From an uncultured Chloroflexia bacterium (lineage in GTDB: Bacteria > Chloroflexota > Dehalococcoidia > Dehalococcoidales > RBG-16-60-22), in the NCBI GenBank assembly GCA_963727315.1, contig CAVSFE010000002.1:215560-279559 (forward strand): a stretch of DNA of 64,000 nt, read 5' to 3'. Shown piece by piece: positions 8,491 through 16,920 of this stretch. A program made the position numbers and the translations under genes. The notes under the pieces were generated by a model. That model ran no database searches and was not told the origin of the DNA. It saw only the letters and a program-made list of their open reading frames with translations. The stretch's first letter is position 1, and each line of letters starts with the position of its first letter.

Positions 8491-10572
8491 TTATTGTATA
8501 CGGAAGTTCAACTGTTTACCAAGAGAAACGAAGGCATCCGCCCATTCTTTCTTGGCTTTGAACTGAGGATAGGCGTCCGCCAGCATTTCCCAGAAAATGT
8601 TCTGCACTTTCCACAAATCCACGGGGAAAGGCAGGCCGCGCGCCAGTGTCACCGCCGCCAGAAGGTCGGCCAGCCGGCCGGTGTCCGTCGGGTCCTTAGC
8701 CAGCGCGGCGGCCATCTTTTCCAGATTTAGCTTGAAGTCGTGGCCGATGCCGGCGGCATCAACGGCTATCTGCCATTTAGCGGCGGCGTCAAGCAGCTCC
8801 CGCACCTGGGCAGCGTCGACGGGGTCGCTCCTGACCGCCCGGCGCAGGGCATTATTGATGGTCAATTCTTCGACAATCTGGAAAGGCCGCGGCACCGGCC
8901 CGCCGAGCTCGGCGGAAAAGCGCTCCAGCGGAAACAACTCTTTAAAGAGGGGGGAAAATAATACTTCGACGCCGGTGGCCGCCATTTCGATGACAGAATT
9001 GAGGAACTGGCGCTGCTCATCGTAGCCGGGAGGCGCCTTCGCCCTGGCCATCGCCGGCCGCACCATATTCTCATAAATACGCCGCCCGTCACCCTGCGCC
9101 GGCAGATTGCTTTTCGCCTGCTGCAGGACACTTAAAAACCCCTCCTCTATCCCGTCCCCGAAGAGCTCCTCTGCCAGCTGCACGGCCCGACCGGCGTACT
9201 GCATGACCTGCACCGGCTCGGGACGCGAAAGCTCGTCGAAGTACCAGCCATCACTGGTGTACATCAGCAGGGCATGCCGCTGCAGCTCAAGCAGCTTAAG
9301 CGCGGTGGTTCTTTCGTCCCCGCTAAGCACGCGGACGGCGTATTCGTTGAAGAAACGATTGACGCTGTCCTGCGAGCGGTCGAGGACGACATCGATATAG
9401 CCGTCGCGGGCCGCCCAGGGGTCCTTAAAAAGCCGGCGGGCCTTTTCTTCATACCGCCCGGCCAGATTATCGCGCAGCCAGTCGAAGGCATTGCGCAATG
9501 GAGTCCGCCACTTCTGGTTCCAGTCCGGGTGATCACCCGAGCCGGCCCTGTCACCGCAATCGCTCCACCAGCGGTCGACGCCGTGGACGCAGCTCCAGGA
9601 TGTTTTTTCGATAATTTCCACCTCGCGGGCGGGGGGATATTTCTCCAGAAATTCTCCGTAGTTGATAAGCCTGGCCAGGCCGTTCGCCTCGATGCGGTCG
9701 AGGGCAAAAGCCAGCGCCATGTCCCCGTAGCGATGGTGGTGCCCGTAGTTCTCGCCGTCGGTGGCGATGTTCACCAGCTGAGGATAATTTCTTTTATCCG
9801 AAAAAGCGTTGAAAAGCCTTCCGGCAAAGACATCACCGTTTTTCAATATATCCGTAAAGGAGACTTCCCCGGCGATGGGGCCATCGTAAAAAAAGACATT
9901 GAAACGCCGCCCCGAGGGGAGGTCGACCCGATAAGCCTGCGTGGTATCGATACTGCCGCCCCTGACGTCGTTCCAGTCCGATGCGCCAAGGCGGCGCACC
10001 TGCCCGGCCTGGTGCGGGGCCAGGATGGTGAACTTCAAGCCCAGCTCCGCCATGATATCCAGTGTCTCCAGGTCGACGGCCATCTCAGGCAGCCACATCC
10101 CTTCCGGTCGGCGCCCGAAGCGGTGCTCAAAGTCCATGATTCCCCAGGACACCTGGCTGTACCTGTCCCGGTGGTTGGCGAGCGGCATAATCATGTGGTT
10201 ATAGACCCCCGCCAGCGCCGACCCGTGCCCGGAATACTTATTTCGGCTCTCCCGGTCGGCCGCGACAATCGCCCGGTAAACGTCCGGGCTATTCGACTCC
10301 ATCCAGGCGAGGAGCGTGGGGCCGAAATCAAAGCTTATTTTAGCGTAGTTGTTGACGATGCGGCCGATATAACCTTCCCCGTCCAGGATACGTGAGGTGG
10401 CGTTGGGCAGATAGCACTCGGCGGTAACCCTCTCATTCCAGTCGTGGTAAGGATAGGCCGAATCCTGCCATTCGACGCGCCCCAGCCAGGCATTTTCGCG
10501 GGGCGGCTGATAGAAATGCCCGTGGATGCAGATATAGCGCTCCATATTCTTCAGAATATCACGAACGTTCAT
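8491..10572 (-). CDS. Glycoside hydrolase family 57 protein (alpha-glucan-active, long C-terminal domain)
   Basis: GH57 N-terminal signature ICIHGHFYQPPRENAW, plus HGSALAGVYNHMIMPL and WLPEMAV. The ORF is open to a TTG at 10587. The ATG at 10572 is chosen as start; ATG 10545 is also possible. Confidence 0.85.
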   Translation of the reverse strand: MNVRDILKNMERYICIHGHFYQPPRENAWLGRVEWQDSAYPYHDWNERVTAECYLPNATSRILDGEGYIGRIVNNYAKISFDFGPTLLAWMESNSPDVYRAIVAADRESRNKYSGHGSALAGVYNHMIMPLANHRDRYSQVSWGIMDFEHRFGRRPEGMWLPEMAVDLETLDIMAELGLKFTILAPHQAGQVRRLGASDWNDVRGGSIDTTQAYRVDLPSGRRFNVFFYDGPIAGEVSFTDILKNGDVFAGRLFNAFSDKRNYPQLVNIATDGENYGHHHRYGDMALAFALDRIEANGLARLINYGEFLEKYPPAREVEIIEKTSWSCVHGVDRWWSDCGDRAGSGDHPDWNQKWRTPLRNAFDWLRDNLAGRYEEKARRLFKDPWAARDGYIDVVLDRSQDSVNRFFNEYAVRVLSGDERTTALKLLELQRHALLMYTSDGWYFDELSRPEPVQVMQYAGRAVQLAEELFGDGIEEGFLSVLQQAKSNLPAQGDGRRIYENMVRPAMARAKAPPGYDEQRQFLNSVIEMAATGVEVLFSPLFKELFPLERFSAELGGPVPRPFQIVEELTINNALRRAVRSDPVDAAQVRELLDAAAKWQIAVDAAGIGHDFKLNLEKMAAALAKDPTDTGRLADLLAAVTLARGLPFPVDLWKVQNIFWEMLADAYPQFKAKKEWADAFVSLGKQLNFRIQ

Positions 10573-10615
10573 GATAGGCAAAAGCAAGTGTCTTAATGAG
10601 TTAAGGGGAATGGAC

Positions 10616-10645
10616 TTGACAAAAGAACATTTGTTCTACTATAAT
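10616..10645 (+). promoter_or_regulatory. Sigma-70-like promoter with embedded LexA (Cheo-type) box for imuB-dnaE2
   Basis: TTGACA (10616-10621), 18 nt, TATAAT (10640-10645). A perfect GAACATTTGTTC (GAAC-N4-GTTC, 10625-10636) lies in the spacer. Confidence 0.75.
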
Positions 10646-10664
10646 GGTCTCATCGGGTGGAACT

Positions 10665-12086
10665 ATGAAATTGCTCTGCGTCCTGCTGCCCCATTTCCCC
10701 TGGCGGTGCGAAGTCCGGAGAAACCCCGACCTCGCCGGCCGCCCGGCATTAGTCGTCCAGTCGAAGGACGTAGCCGGTTCGCCGAAGCTGGTGCTGGACT
10801 GGGCCCCGGAGCTCGATGACCTGCAGCCCGATATGCCCCTCCAGCAGGCGCTGGCACGGCACGGGCAGGCCGCGCTGCTCCCGGCGGACGTGCCCTTTTA
10901 CCGCGCCGCCTTTAATGAAATACTGGATGCCCTGGAGAACATCAGCCCGCTGGTCGAAGAGGCCGACCTCGGCTGCGCATATATCGGCAGCGATGGCCTG
11001 CATCTTATCTACCCGGACGATAGCGCTATCATCGCCGCCGTGCGGGAAGCCGTGCCGGCGGTCTTTATGCCCCGGATGGGAATAGCCGGGAACAAGTTCC
11101 TGGCGTATCTGGCCGCCCGCCGCAGTCCTCCCGGCGGGCACCAGGTATACTCAGGCGATGCCGCCCCCCTCCTTAAAGACCTCCCCTGCGATGTCCTGCC
11201 GGTGTCTTTAAAGAGCCTGAGCAAGCTGCGCGACTTCGGCCTGAACACGCTCGGGCAGGTAAGCGCCCTGCCGCCCGGCCCCTTCCAGTCCCAGTTCGGG
11301 CCGGAGGGTAAAAGGATATGGGAGCTTGCCGGGGGCATCGACGCCACCCCCCTTTATCCCCGCATGATGGAGGCGGCCCGCGAGGAGTCCGCCGCGCTGC
11401 CTTCGGTGACCGTCTCCCTGGAGGCGATACTGTTCACGGTGGAGACGCTCCTACGGCGGGTCTTCGATAGCCTCGCCCGCAGGGGGCTGGGCATCCGCAG
11501 TCTCAACCTGTGGACCCGCACCTGGAACGCCGAGAGCTGGGAGCGCACCATCCGCTTCAAGGAGCCGGCCATGGACCTGAAAAACGCCCTGTCCCGCGTC
11601 AAGCGCACCCTGGAGGACTATCCCCAGCCCGGCCCGGTCGAGCAGCTGGGCATGAGCATTACCGGTCTGGGCTATCCGCGGGGTCGGCAGCGAAGCCTTT
11701 TTTCAGATATGAGGGCTAAAGAGCACCTGGCGGAAGACATCAAGCAGCTGGAGTCGAGGCTGGGCAATCCCCAGATATATAAAGTCAAGGAGGTCGAGCC
11801 GTGGTCGCGGATACCGGAAAGACGCTACGCGCTGACGCCTACAAGCCGGTAAACGCGCCGGAGCCGCTACGGGTGGAGGAAGACGCCGATGGTCTACCGA
11901 TTGCCGTCAGGACGAAGCGGCGGCAGGCCGTCAACTCTATCGAAGACCGCTGGCGACTCGACGACGAATGGTGGCGGGCGGAGCCGGTATCAAGCGATTT
12001 ATTATAATGTCCTGCTCGCCTCCGGCCAGCGCCTGGTGCTCTATAAAGACCTCGTTACGGGTGAATGGTACCAGCAGGAGTATTAG
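10665..12086 (+). pseudogene. imuB: ImuB-like Y-family polymerase homologue, 3-prime end split over three frames as assembled
   Basis: The main ORF MKLLCVLLPHFPW... runs to a stop at 11852. The expected C-terminal region continues in a second frame (YKPVNAPEPLRVEEDADGLPIAV...EDRWRLDDEWWRAEP). It then returns to the first frame (YYNVLLASGQRLVLYKDLVTGEWYQQEY, stop 12086). The gene lies immediately upstream of dnaE2. Confidence 0.75.
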
Positions 12087-12098
12087 GATACTACTGCC

Positions 12099-15000
12099 AT
12101 GTCTTACGCCGAGCTTCACTGCCACAGCTATTATTCCTTCCACGACGGCGCTGCGTCGCTGGAAGAGCTCATGGTGCGCGCCAAAGGCCTCGGCTACCGC
12201 GCCCTAGCCGTCACCGACCACGATAATTTATGCGGGGCGATGTGCTTCGCGCAGCTGGCCAAATCACTGGAGATGCAAGGCATTACCGGCGCGGAACTGA
12301 CGCTGGAAAACGGTTTTCATTTAACCCTGCTGGCTAAAGACGGAACGGGCTATAAAAACCTCTGCCGCCTCATCACCGCCGCCCAGAACTCCGGCGAGCG
12401 CAACGCCCCGGCTCTTTCCCCTGCGCTCCTGCCGGAGCATGCCGAAGGACTCATCGCCCTCTCCGGCTGCCTGCAGGGAGAATTATCGCAGCTGGCAGCT
12501 AAAAATCGCCTGCCCGAGGCCAAAGCTTTAGTAAAGCAATACCTCGACTGGTTCGGTTCAGACAACTACTACATCGAGCTCCAGCAGAACCTGGCCCACG
12601 GCGACACGGCGCGCAACATCGCCCTGCTGAAGCTGGCTAAAGAAACGGGCGCCAAAGCGGTCGCCACCGGCAACGTCCACTACCACGTCAGGGAAAGACA
12701 TCGTTTACAGGACTGCCTGGTGGCGGTCAAGAACCTGAAAAGCCTCGAGGAGACCCACCGCGAAAGGCGCCCCAACTCAGAATACTATCTGCGCCCTGTG
12801 GATGAGCTTAAAGTCCTCTTCAAAGACTGCCCGGAAGCTTTAGAAAACACCCTCAAAATAGCCGAACGCTGTACTCTTGACCTGACGGAGGACTTAAGCT
12901 ATATCTTCCCCGAATACCCCGCGCCGGAAGGGTTCACGCCGCAGACCTACCTGGAAAAGCTCTGCCACGAGGCGGCGGTGCGACGCTACGGTTCCATCAC
13001 CCCGCAGGTAAAAGCCAGGCTGGATGAGGAGTTCGCCCTGATAAAAAAATACAGCCTCGCCGGCTTCCTGCTGATGTACCACGAGGTCATCAAGCTGGGG
13101 CGGGACGTCATGATCGACCTGGGCCTGAGCGACCCGTCCCTGACCGTCGAGGAGAACCCGCCGGGGAGGGGTCGCGGCTCATCGGTGGCTTTACTGGTAG
13201 GCTACCTCATCGGCCTCTCGCACATCGACCCTCTCAAGTATAATCTGTCGTTAGAGCGTTTCCTCCCCGCCGATACCATGACCAACGTGCCGGATATTGA
13301 CCTGGATTTTCCCCGCTCCATCCGCGAGGAGCTCATCCTGCGCACGCACCAGAAGTGGGGCTGGCGGCACGCTGCCCTCGCCGGCACCATCTGCACCTAT
13401 ATGATCAAGGGGGCGGTCAGGGACCTGGGCAAAGCCTTAGGACTGCCGGAGGCGGAAATCGACCAGCTTTCCAAGCAGGCGGACTGGGGCAGCGCCAAAA
13501 AGCTCGGCAGCAAGATGGAGCGCATGCCCAACTTTAAAGATAAGGTAGACGCCCCCGTCTGGCGCGACCTCATCAGCCTGGCGGCCGAGCTGGACGGCTT
13601 TCCCAAGTACACGGGGCAGCACCCCGGCGGTATGATTCTTTCCTCCACCCCCCTCATCGATATCGTGCCCGTCCAGCGGGGGGCTATCGAGGGGCGCTAC
13701 GTCTGCCAGTGGGACAAGGACAGTATCGACGACGCCGGCTTCGTGAAAATCGACTTTTTAGCTCTCGGCGCTTTGTCTCAGCTTCAGGACGCCATCGACC
13801 TTATCAAGGGCCGCACCGGCGAAAGAATCGATATGTCCCGCATCGATTTCGAGGACGCCAAGGTCTACGATATGCTCTGCAAGGGCGATACCATCGGCAT
13901 TTTCCAGGTGGAGTCGGCCGCCCAGATGCAGAACATTACCCGCCTAAAGCCGAGAAATCTGCTGGACATGGCGCACGAAGTGGGCGCCGTCCGGCCCGGC
14001 GTGGGCGTTAACCACGGCGTGCAGGAGTACTTGGCGCGGCGCAGCAAACGCAAGCCCGTAACCTACGACCACCCCCTTGAGCAGCGGGCCCTGGAGCGCA
14101 CCCTGGGCGTGGTCTTGTTCCAGGACCAGGTCAACCAGCTGGCGATAGACGTCGCCGGCTTTGCCCCCAGCGAGGCCGACCGCCTCCGCCGCGCCTTCGG
14201 GCGCAAGCATAACGACGAGCTTATCGAGCAGTACCATCAAAAGTTCCTGGCCGGGGCTAAAGAGCGCGGCGTTGATGAAAAAGCCGCGGAAACGGTCTTT
14301 AAGAAGTTCAACGGCCAGTACATGTTCCCGGAGTCGCACGCGTTCGCCTTCGGGGTAACGGCCTACCAGGCGTCCTGGCTCAAGTATTACTATCCCCTGG
14401 AGTTCTTCGTGGCGATATTTAACCAGCAGCCGATGGGCTTTTATAACCTGGAAACGCTGAAGGAGGACGCCCGGCGGCACGGTATCACGGCGCTGAACCC
14501 GGATATAAATAAGAGCAGCGCCAAATGCACGATAGAAACGGCAGGGGAAGCTCGAAGGGGCGCCAGCCCCTTCGAAAATAATCATTTCCCCCTCTCCCTT
14601 AATGGGAGAGGGCAGGGTGAGGGTGATAAGAAAGCCAGGAATGAACGACACGCGGAGGTCTCACTGGATTCCCGCTTTCGCGGGAATGACGGTACGGGCG
14701 CCGCCCTGCGATTGGGCTTCCTGAACGTCAACGGACTCGGCGAGGTCTTCGCCAAAGCTATCGAGGAGGGGCGGGCAAAACAGGGGGCGTTTAAAACCAT
14801 CGGCGACTTCCTCGAACGCACCGGCGTGCTGGAAGAGGTCGCTTTAAACCTCGCCTCCGCCGGCGCCTTCGACAGCCTCGAGCCCAACCGACGCCAGGTG
14901 AAGTGGGAAATCGGCCTGCGCTACCGTCCCGTCAACTCTCAGCTGCCCCTCCCCCTGCCCGTAGCGCAGGACATGGTAGAGCTGGCCACGCCGACCGACT

Positions 15001-15395
15001 GGGAGCGGATGAAAGGCGAGTATGACGTGTTGGGCCTTTTCCCCGCCGGCCACATCATGTCCCGGTTGCGCCCCCGCTTTAAAAACGGCTTCCGCACCAG
15101 CAGGGAGATTGAAAAACTCCGCGACGGCGCTCACATCACCGCGGCGGGGCTGGTCATCCGCCGCCAGCGGCCCCACGGCAAGGTGGTCTTTATCACCCTG
15201 GAGGACGAGTTCGGCCATATCCCCTGCATGGTCTTCGGCAAGACCTACGAGCGCTACGAGCATACCTTCCGCTCGGCGTTCCTCATAATCAAGGGAAGGC
15301 TGACCCGCCGCGAGGGCACCTGCAACGTGGTCATCAATGAAGCGAAGGCCTTCACCGGCATCGATAAAGCGCCGCATTCGAAGGACTGGTGCTAA
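12099..15395 (+). CDS. dnaE2: Error-prone DNA polymerase III alpha-type subunit DnaE2
   Basis: 1098 aa, uninterrupted. PHP domain start YAELHCHSYYSFHDGA, VTDHDN, polymerase core (PDIDLDF, GQHPGGMIL, VKIDFLALG), C-terminal OB region. Position after imuB and behind a LexA box. Confidence 0.9.
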   Translation: MSYAELHCHSYYSFHDGAASLEELMVRAKGLGYRALAVTDHDNLCGAMCFAQLAKSLEMQGITGAELTLENGFHLTLLAKDGTGYKNLCRLITAAQNSGERNAPALSPALLPEHAEGLIALSGCLQGELSQLAAKNRLPEAKALVKQYLDWFGSDNYYIELQQNLAHGDTARNIALLKLAKETGAKAVATGNVHYHVRERHRLQDCLVAVKNLKSLEETHRERRPNSEYYLRPVDELKVLFKDCPEALENTLKIAERCTLDLTEDLSYIFPEYPAPEGFTPQTYLEKLCHEAAVRRYGSITPQVKARLDEEFALIKKYSLAGFLLMYHEVIKLGRDVMIDLGLSDPSLTVEENPPGRGRGSSVALLVGYLIGLSHIDPLKYNLSLERFLPADTMTNVPDIDLDFPRSIREELILRTHQKWGWRHAALAGTICTYMIKGAVRDLGKALGLPEAEIDQLSKQADWGSAKKLGSKMERMPNFKDKVDAPVWRDLISLAAELDGFPKYTGQHPGGMILSSTPLIDIVPVQRGAIEGRYVCQWDKDSIDDAGFVKIDFLALGALSQLQDAIDLIKGRTGERIDMSRIDFEDAKVYDMLCKGDTIGIFQVESAAQMQNITRLKPRNLLDMAHEVGAVRPGVGVNHGVQEYLARRSKRKPVTYDHPLEQRALERTLGVVLFQDQVNQLAIDVAGFAPSEADRLRRAFGRKHNDELIEQYHQKFLAGAKERGVDEKAAETVFKKFNGQYMFPESHAFAFGVTAYQASWLKYYYPLEFFVAIFNQQPMGFYNLETLKEDARRHGITALNPDINKSSAKCTIETAGEARRGASPFENNHFPLSLNGRGQGEGDKKARNERHAEVSLDSRFRGNDGTGAALRLGFLNVNGLGEVFAKAIEEGRAKQGAFKTIGDFLERTGVLEEVALNLASAGAFDSLEPNRRQVKWEIGLRYRPVNSQLPLPLPVAQDMVELATPTDWERMKGEYDVLGLFPAGHIMSRLRPRFKNGFRTSREIEKLRDGAHITAAGLVIRRQRPHGKVVFITLEDEFGHIPCMVFGKTYERYEHTFRSAFLIIKGRLTRREGTCNVVINEAKAFTGIDKAPHSKDWC
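14552..14687. repeat. Three perfect stem-loops embedded in-frame in dnaE2
   Basis: TCGAAGGGGC/GCCCCTTCGA (14552-14575), CCCTCTCCC/GGGAGAGGG (14590-14612) and ATTCCCGC/GCGGGAAT (14668-14687). The translated segment is low-complexity (…PLSLNGRGQGEG…SRFRGNDG…). Confidence 0.85.
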
Positions 15396-15469
15396 TCTAT
15401 TTGACTTAACCCCTCCTTTCTTATATGCTTTTTATTAACACCGCTTAAAGCGCATTCAGGAGGAGTTTC

Positions 15470-16906
15470 ATGGCAAGAAATACCATGGTGAAAACGATTA
15501 GAGAACGCGCGAGAGATACCAAAGTCATCCGTGAAGCCGATGTGGTAGTCGTCGGCGGCGGACCGGGCGGCATCGGGGCCGCCATCTCGGCCGCCCGCAA
15601 CGGCGCGGATACCGTTCTCATCGAGCGCTACGGCTACCTCGGCGGCATGGGCACCGGCGGTCTCGTCACCTTCATCCCCCAGTTGACCGACTACACCGGC
15701 AAGCAGCAGATTGCCGGCATCACGCAGGAGTGGATCGACCGCCTTATCGCCCGCAACGCCGTGGACATGCCTAAAAAAGAGCACTGGGGCTCCCTGGACA
15801 AGGAGCTTGTCCGCTACTATTTCCAGCGCAGCTTTTTCATGACGCGCCTCGACCGCGTGGTCTACGCCGCCATCATCGATGCCGAGGTCTCCAAGTTTAT
15901 CCTCAACGAAATGGTGGAAGAGGCTAAAATCAAGGTCTATTGCCATGCCTGGGGCACCGAGCCTATCATGGAGGGCAACCACTGCAGGGGCGTCATCATC
16001 GAGAGCAAGTCCGGCCGGCAGGCTATCCTGGGCAAAATCGTTATCGATTCCACCGGCGATGGCGACCTCTTCCCCTACGCCGGCATCGAGTTCGAAGATA
16101 ATATCCCGCCCAACTTCCGCATCGCCAACCTGGCTTTATGTTTCTGGGTTGCCGGCGTCGACCTCAAGAAGGCGATGGAGTTCCGCCAGAACAACCCGAA
16201 GGAATTCATGGAGTTGAACCGCAAGGCTATGGAATACGGCGGCCAGGGAGGCTTTATGCCCAGCAACCTGCCCAATCAGGACGCGGTCGTCTGGTTCCAC
16301 AACCGTTTCCCCAACAAGAGCCAGGTAGACGTCGAGGAGCTTACCCGCGTCGAGTTCGAAGGCCGCAAAAAGGCGATAAAGACTGCCGAATTCTTTAAAA
16401 AGAACGTGCCGGGTTTCGAAAAGAGCTTTATTGTACTTACCGGCCCGCAGCTGGGCACCCGCTCCAGCCGCCGCATGGTCGGCGAGTACCAGCTCACCGA
16501 AAAAGACCTGGCGGACAATCAGCCGTTCGAAGATACCATCGCTATCTTCCCCGACCTTGACCGCGGCCAGGAGTCGCTGGACCATCCCAACATGTACATC
16601 CCCTACCGCTGCCTGCTGCCCAAGAACGTGGACAACTTCCTGGTGGCCTGCCGCGCCTTTTCCTCGGACATGCACGTCCAGGACTACTTCAACCTCATCC
16701 CGCACTGCATCGCCTTCGGCGAGGCCGCCGGCGCGGCGTCGGCCATGGCGCTCAGCGCCGGCGTGGGTGTTAAGGACGTGGATATCAAAGCCCTGCAGAA
16801 GCAGCTCGCCAAGCAGGGCGTGCCGCTGCCGGATATGAAGAAAAAGGTGGACTATAAGTATAAAGGGCCGGCGCTGGTCGGGCCGGCGTTTACACCGCCA
16901 CATTAA
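15470..16906 (+). CDS. FAD-dependent oxidoreductase (FAD_oxidored-type), substrate unknown
   Basis: 478 aa with GGAGGAG upstream. N-terminal dinucleotide fold VVVVGGGPGGIGAAISAARNGADTVLIERYGYLGGMGTGG. IDSTGDGD block. Confidence 0.8.
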   Translation: MARNTMVKTIRERARDTKVIREADVVVVGGGPGGIGAAISAARNGADTVLIERYGYLGGMGTGGLVTFIPQLTDYTGKQQIAGITQEWIDRLIARNAVDMPKKEHWGSLDKELVRYYFQRSFFMTRLDRVVYAAIIDAEVSKFILNEMVEEAKIKVYCHAWGTEPIMEGNHCRGVIIESKSGRQAILGKIVIDSTGDGDLFPYAGIEFEDNIPPNFRIANLALCFWVAGVDLKKAMEFRQNNPKEFMELNRKAMEYGGQGGFMPSNLPNQDAVVWFHNRFPNKSQVDVEELTRVEFEGRKKAIKTAEFFKKNVPGFEKSFIVLTGPQLGTRSSRRMVGEYQLTEKDLADNQPFEDTIAIFPDLDRGQESLDHPNMYIPYRCLLPKNVDNFLVACRAFSSDMHVQDYFNLIPHCIAFGEAAGAASAMALSAGVGVKDVDIKALQKQLAKQGVPLPDMKKKVDYKYKGPALVGPAFTPPH

Positions 16907-16920
16907 ACAGGGCGAGTTCA

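Noticed and set aside
14540-14700. Intein or mobile-intron insertion in dnaE2.
   Set aside because: The insert is only about 45 codons. It lacks intein splice-junction residues and endonuclease blocks, and it consists of DNA palindromes. A REP/MITE-like origin fits better.
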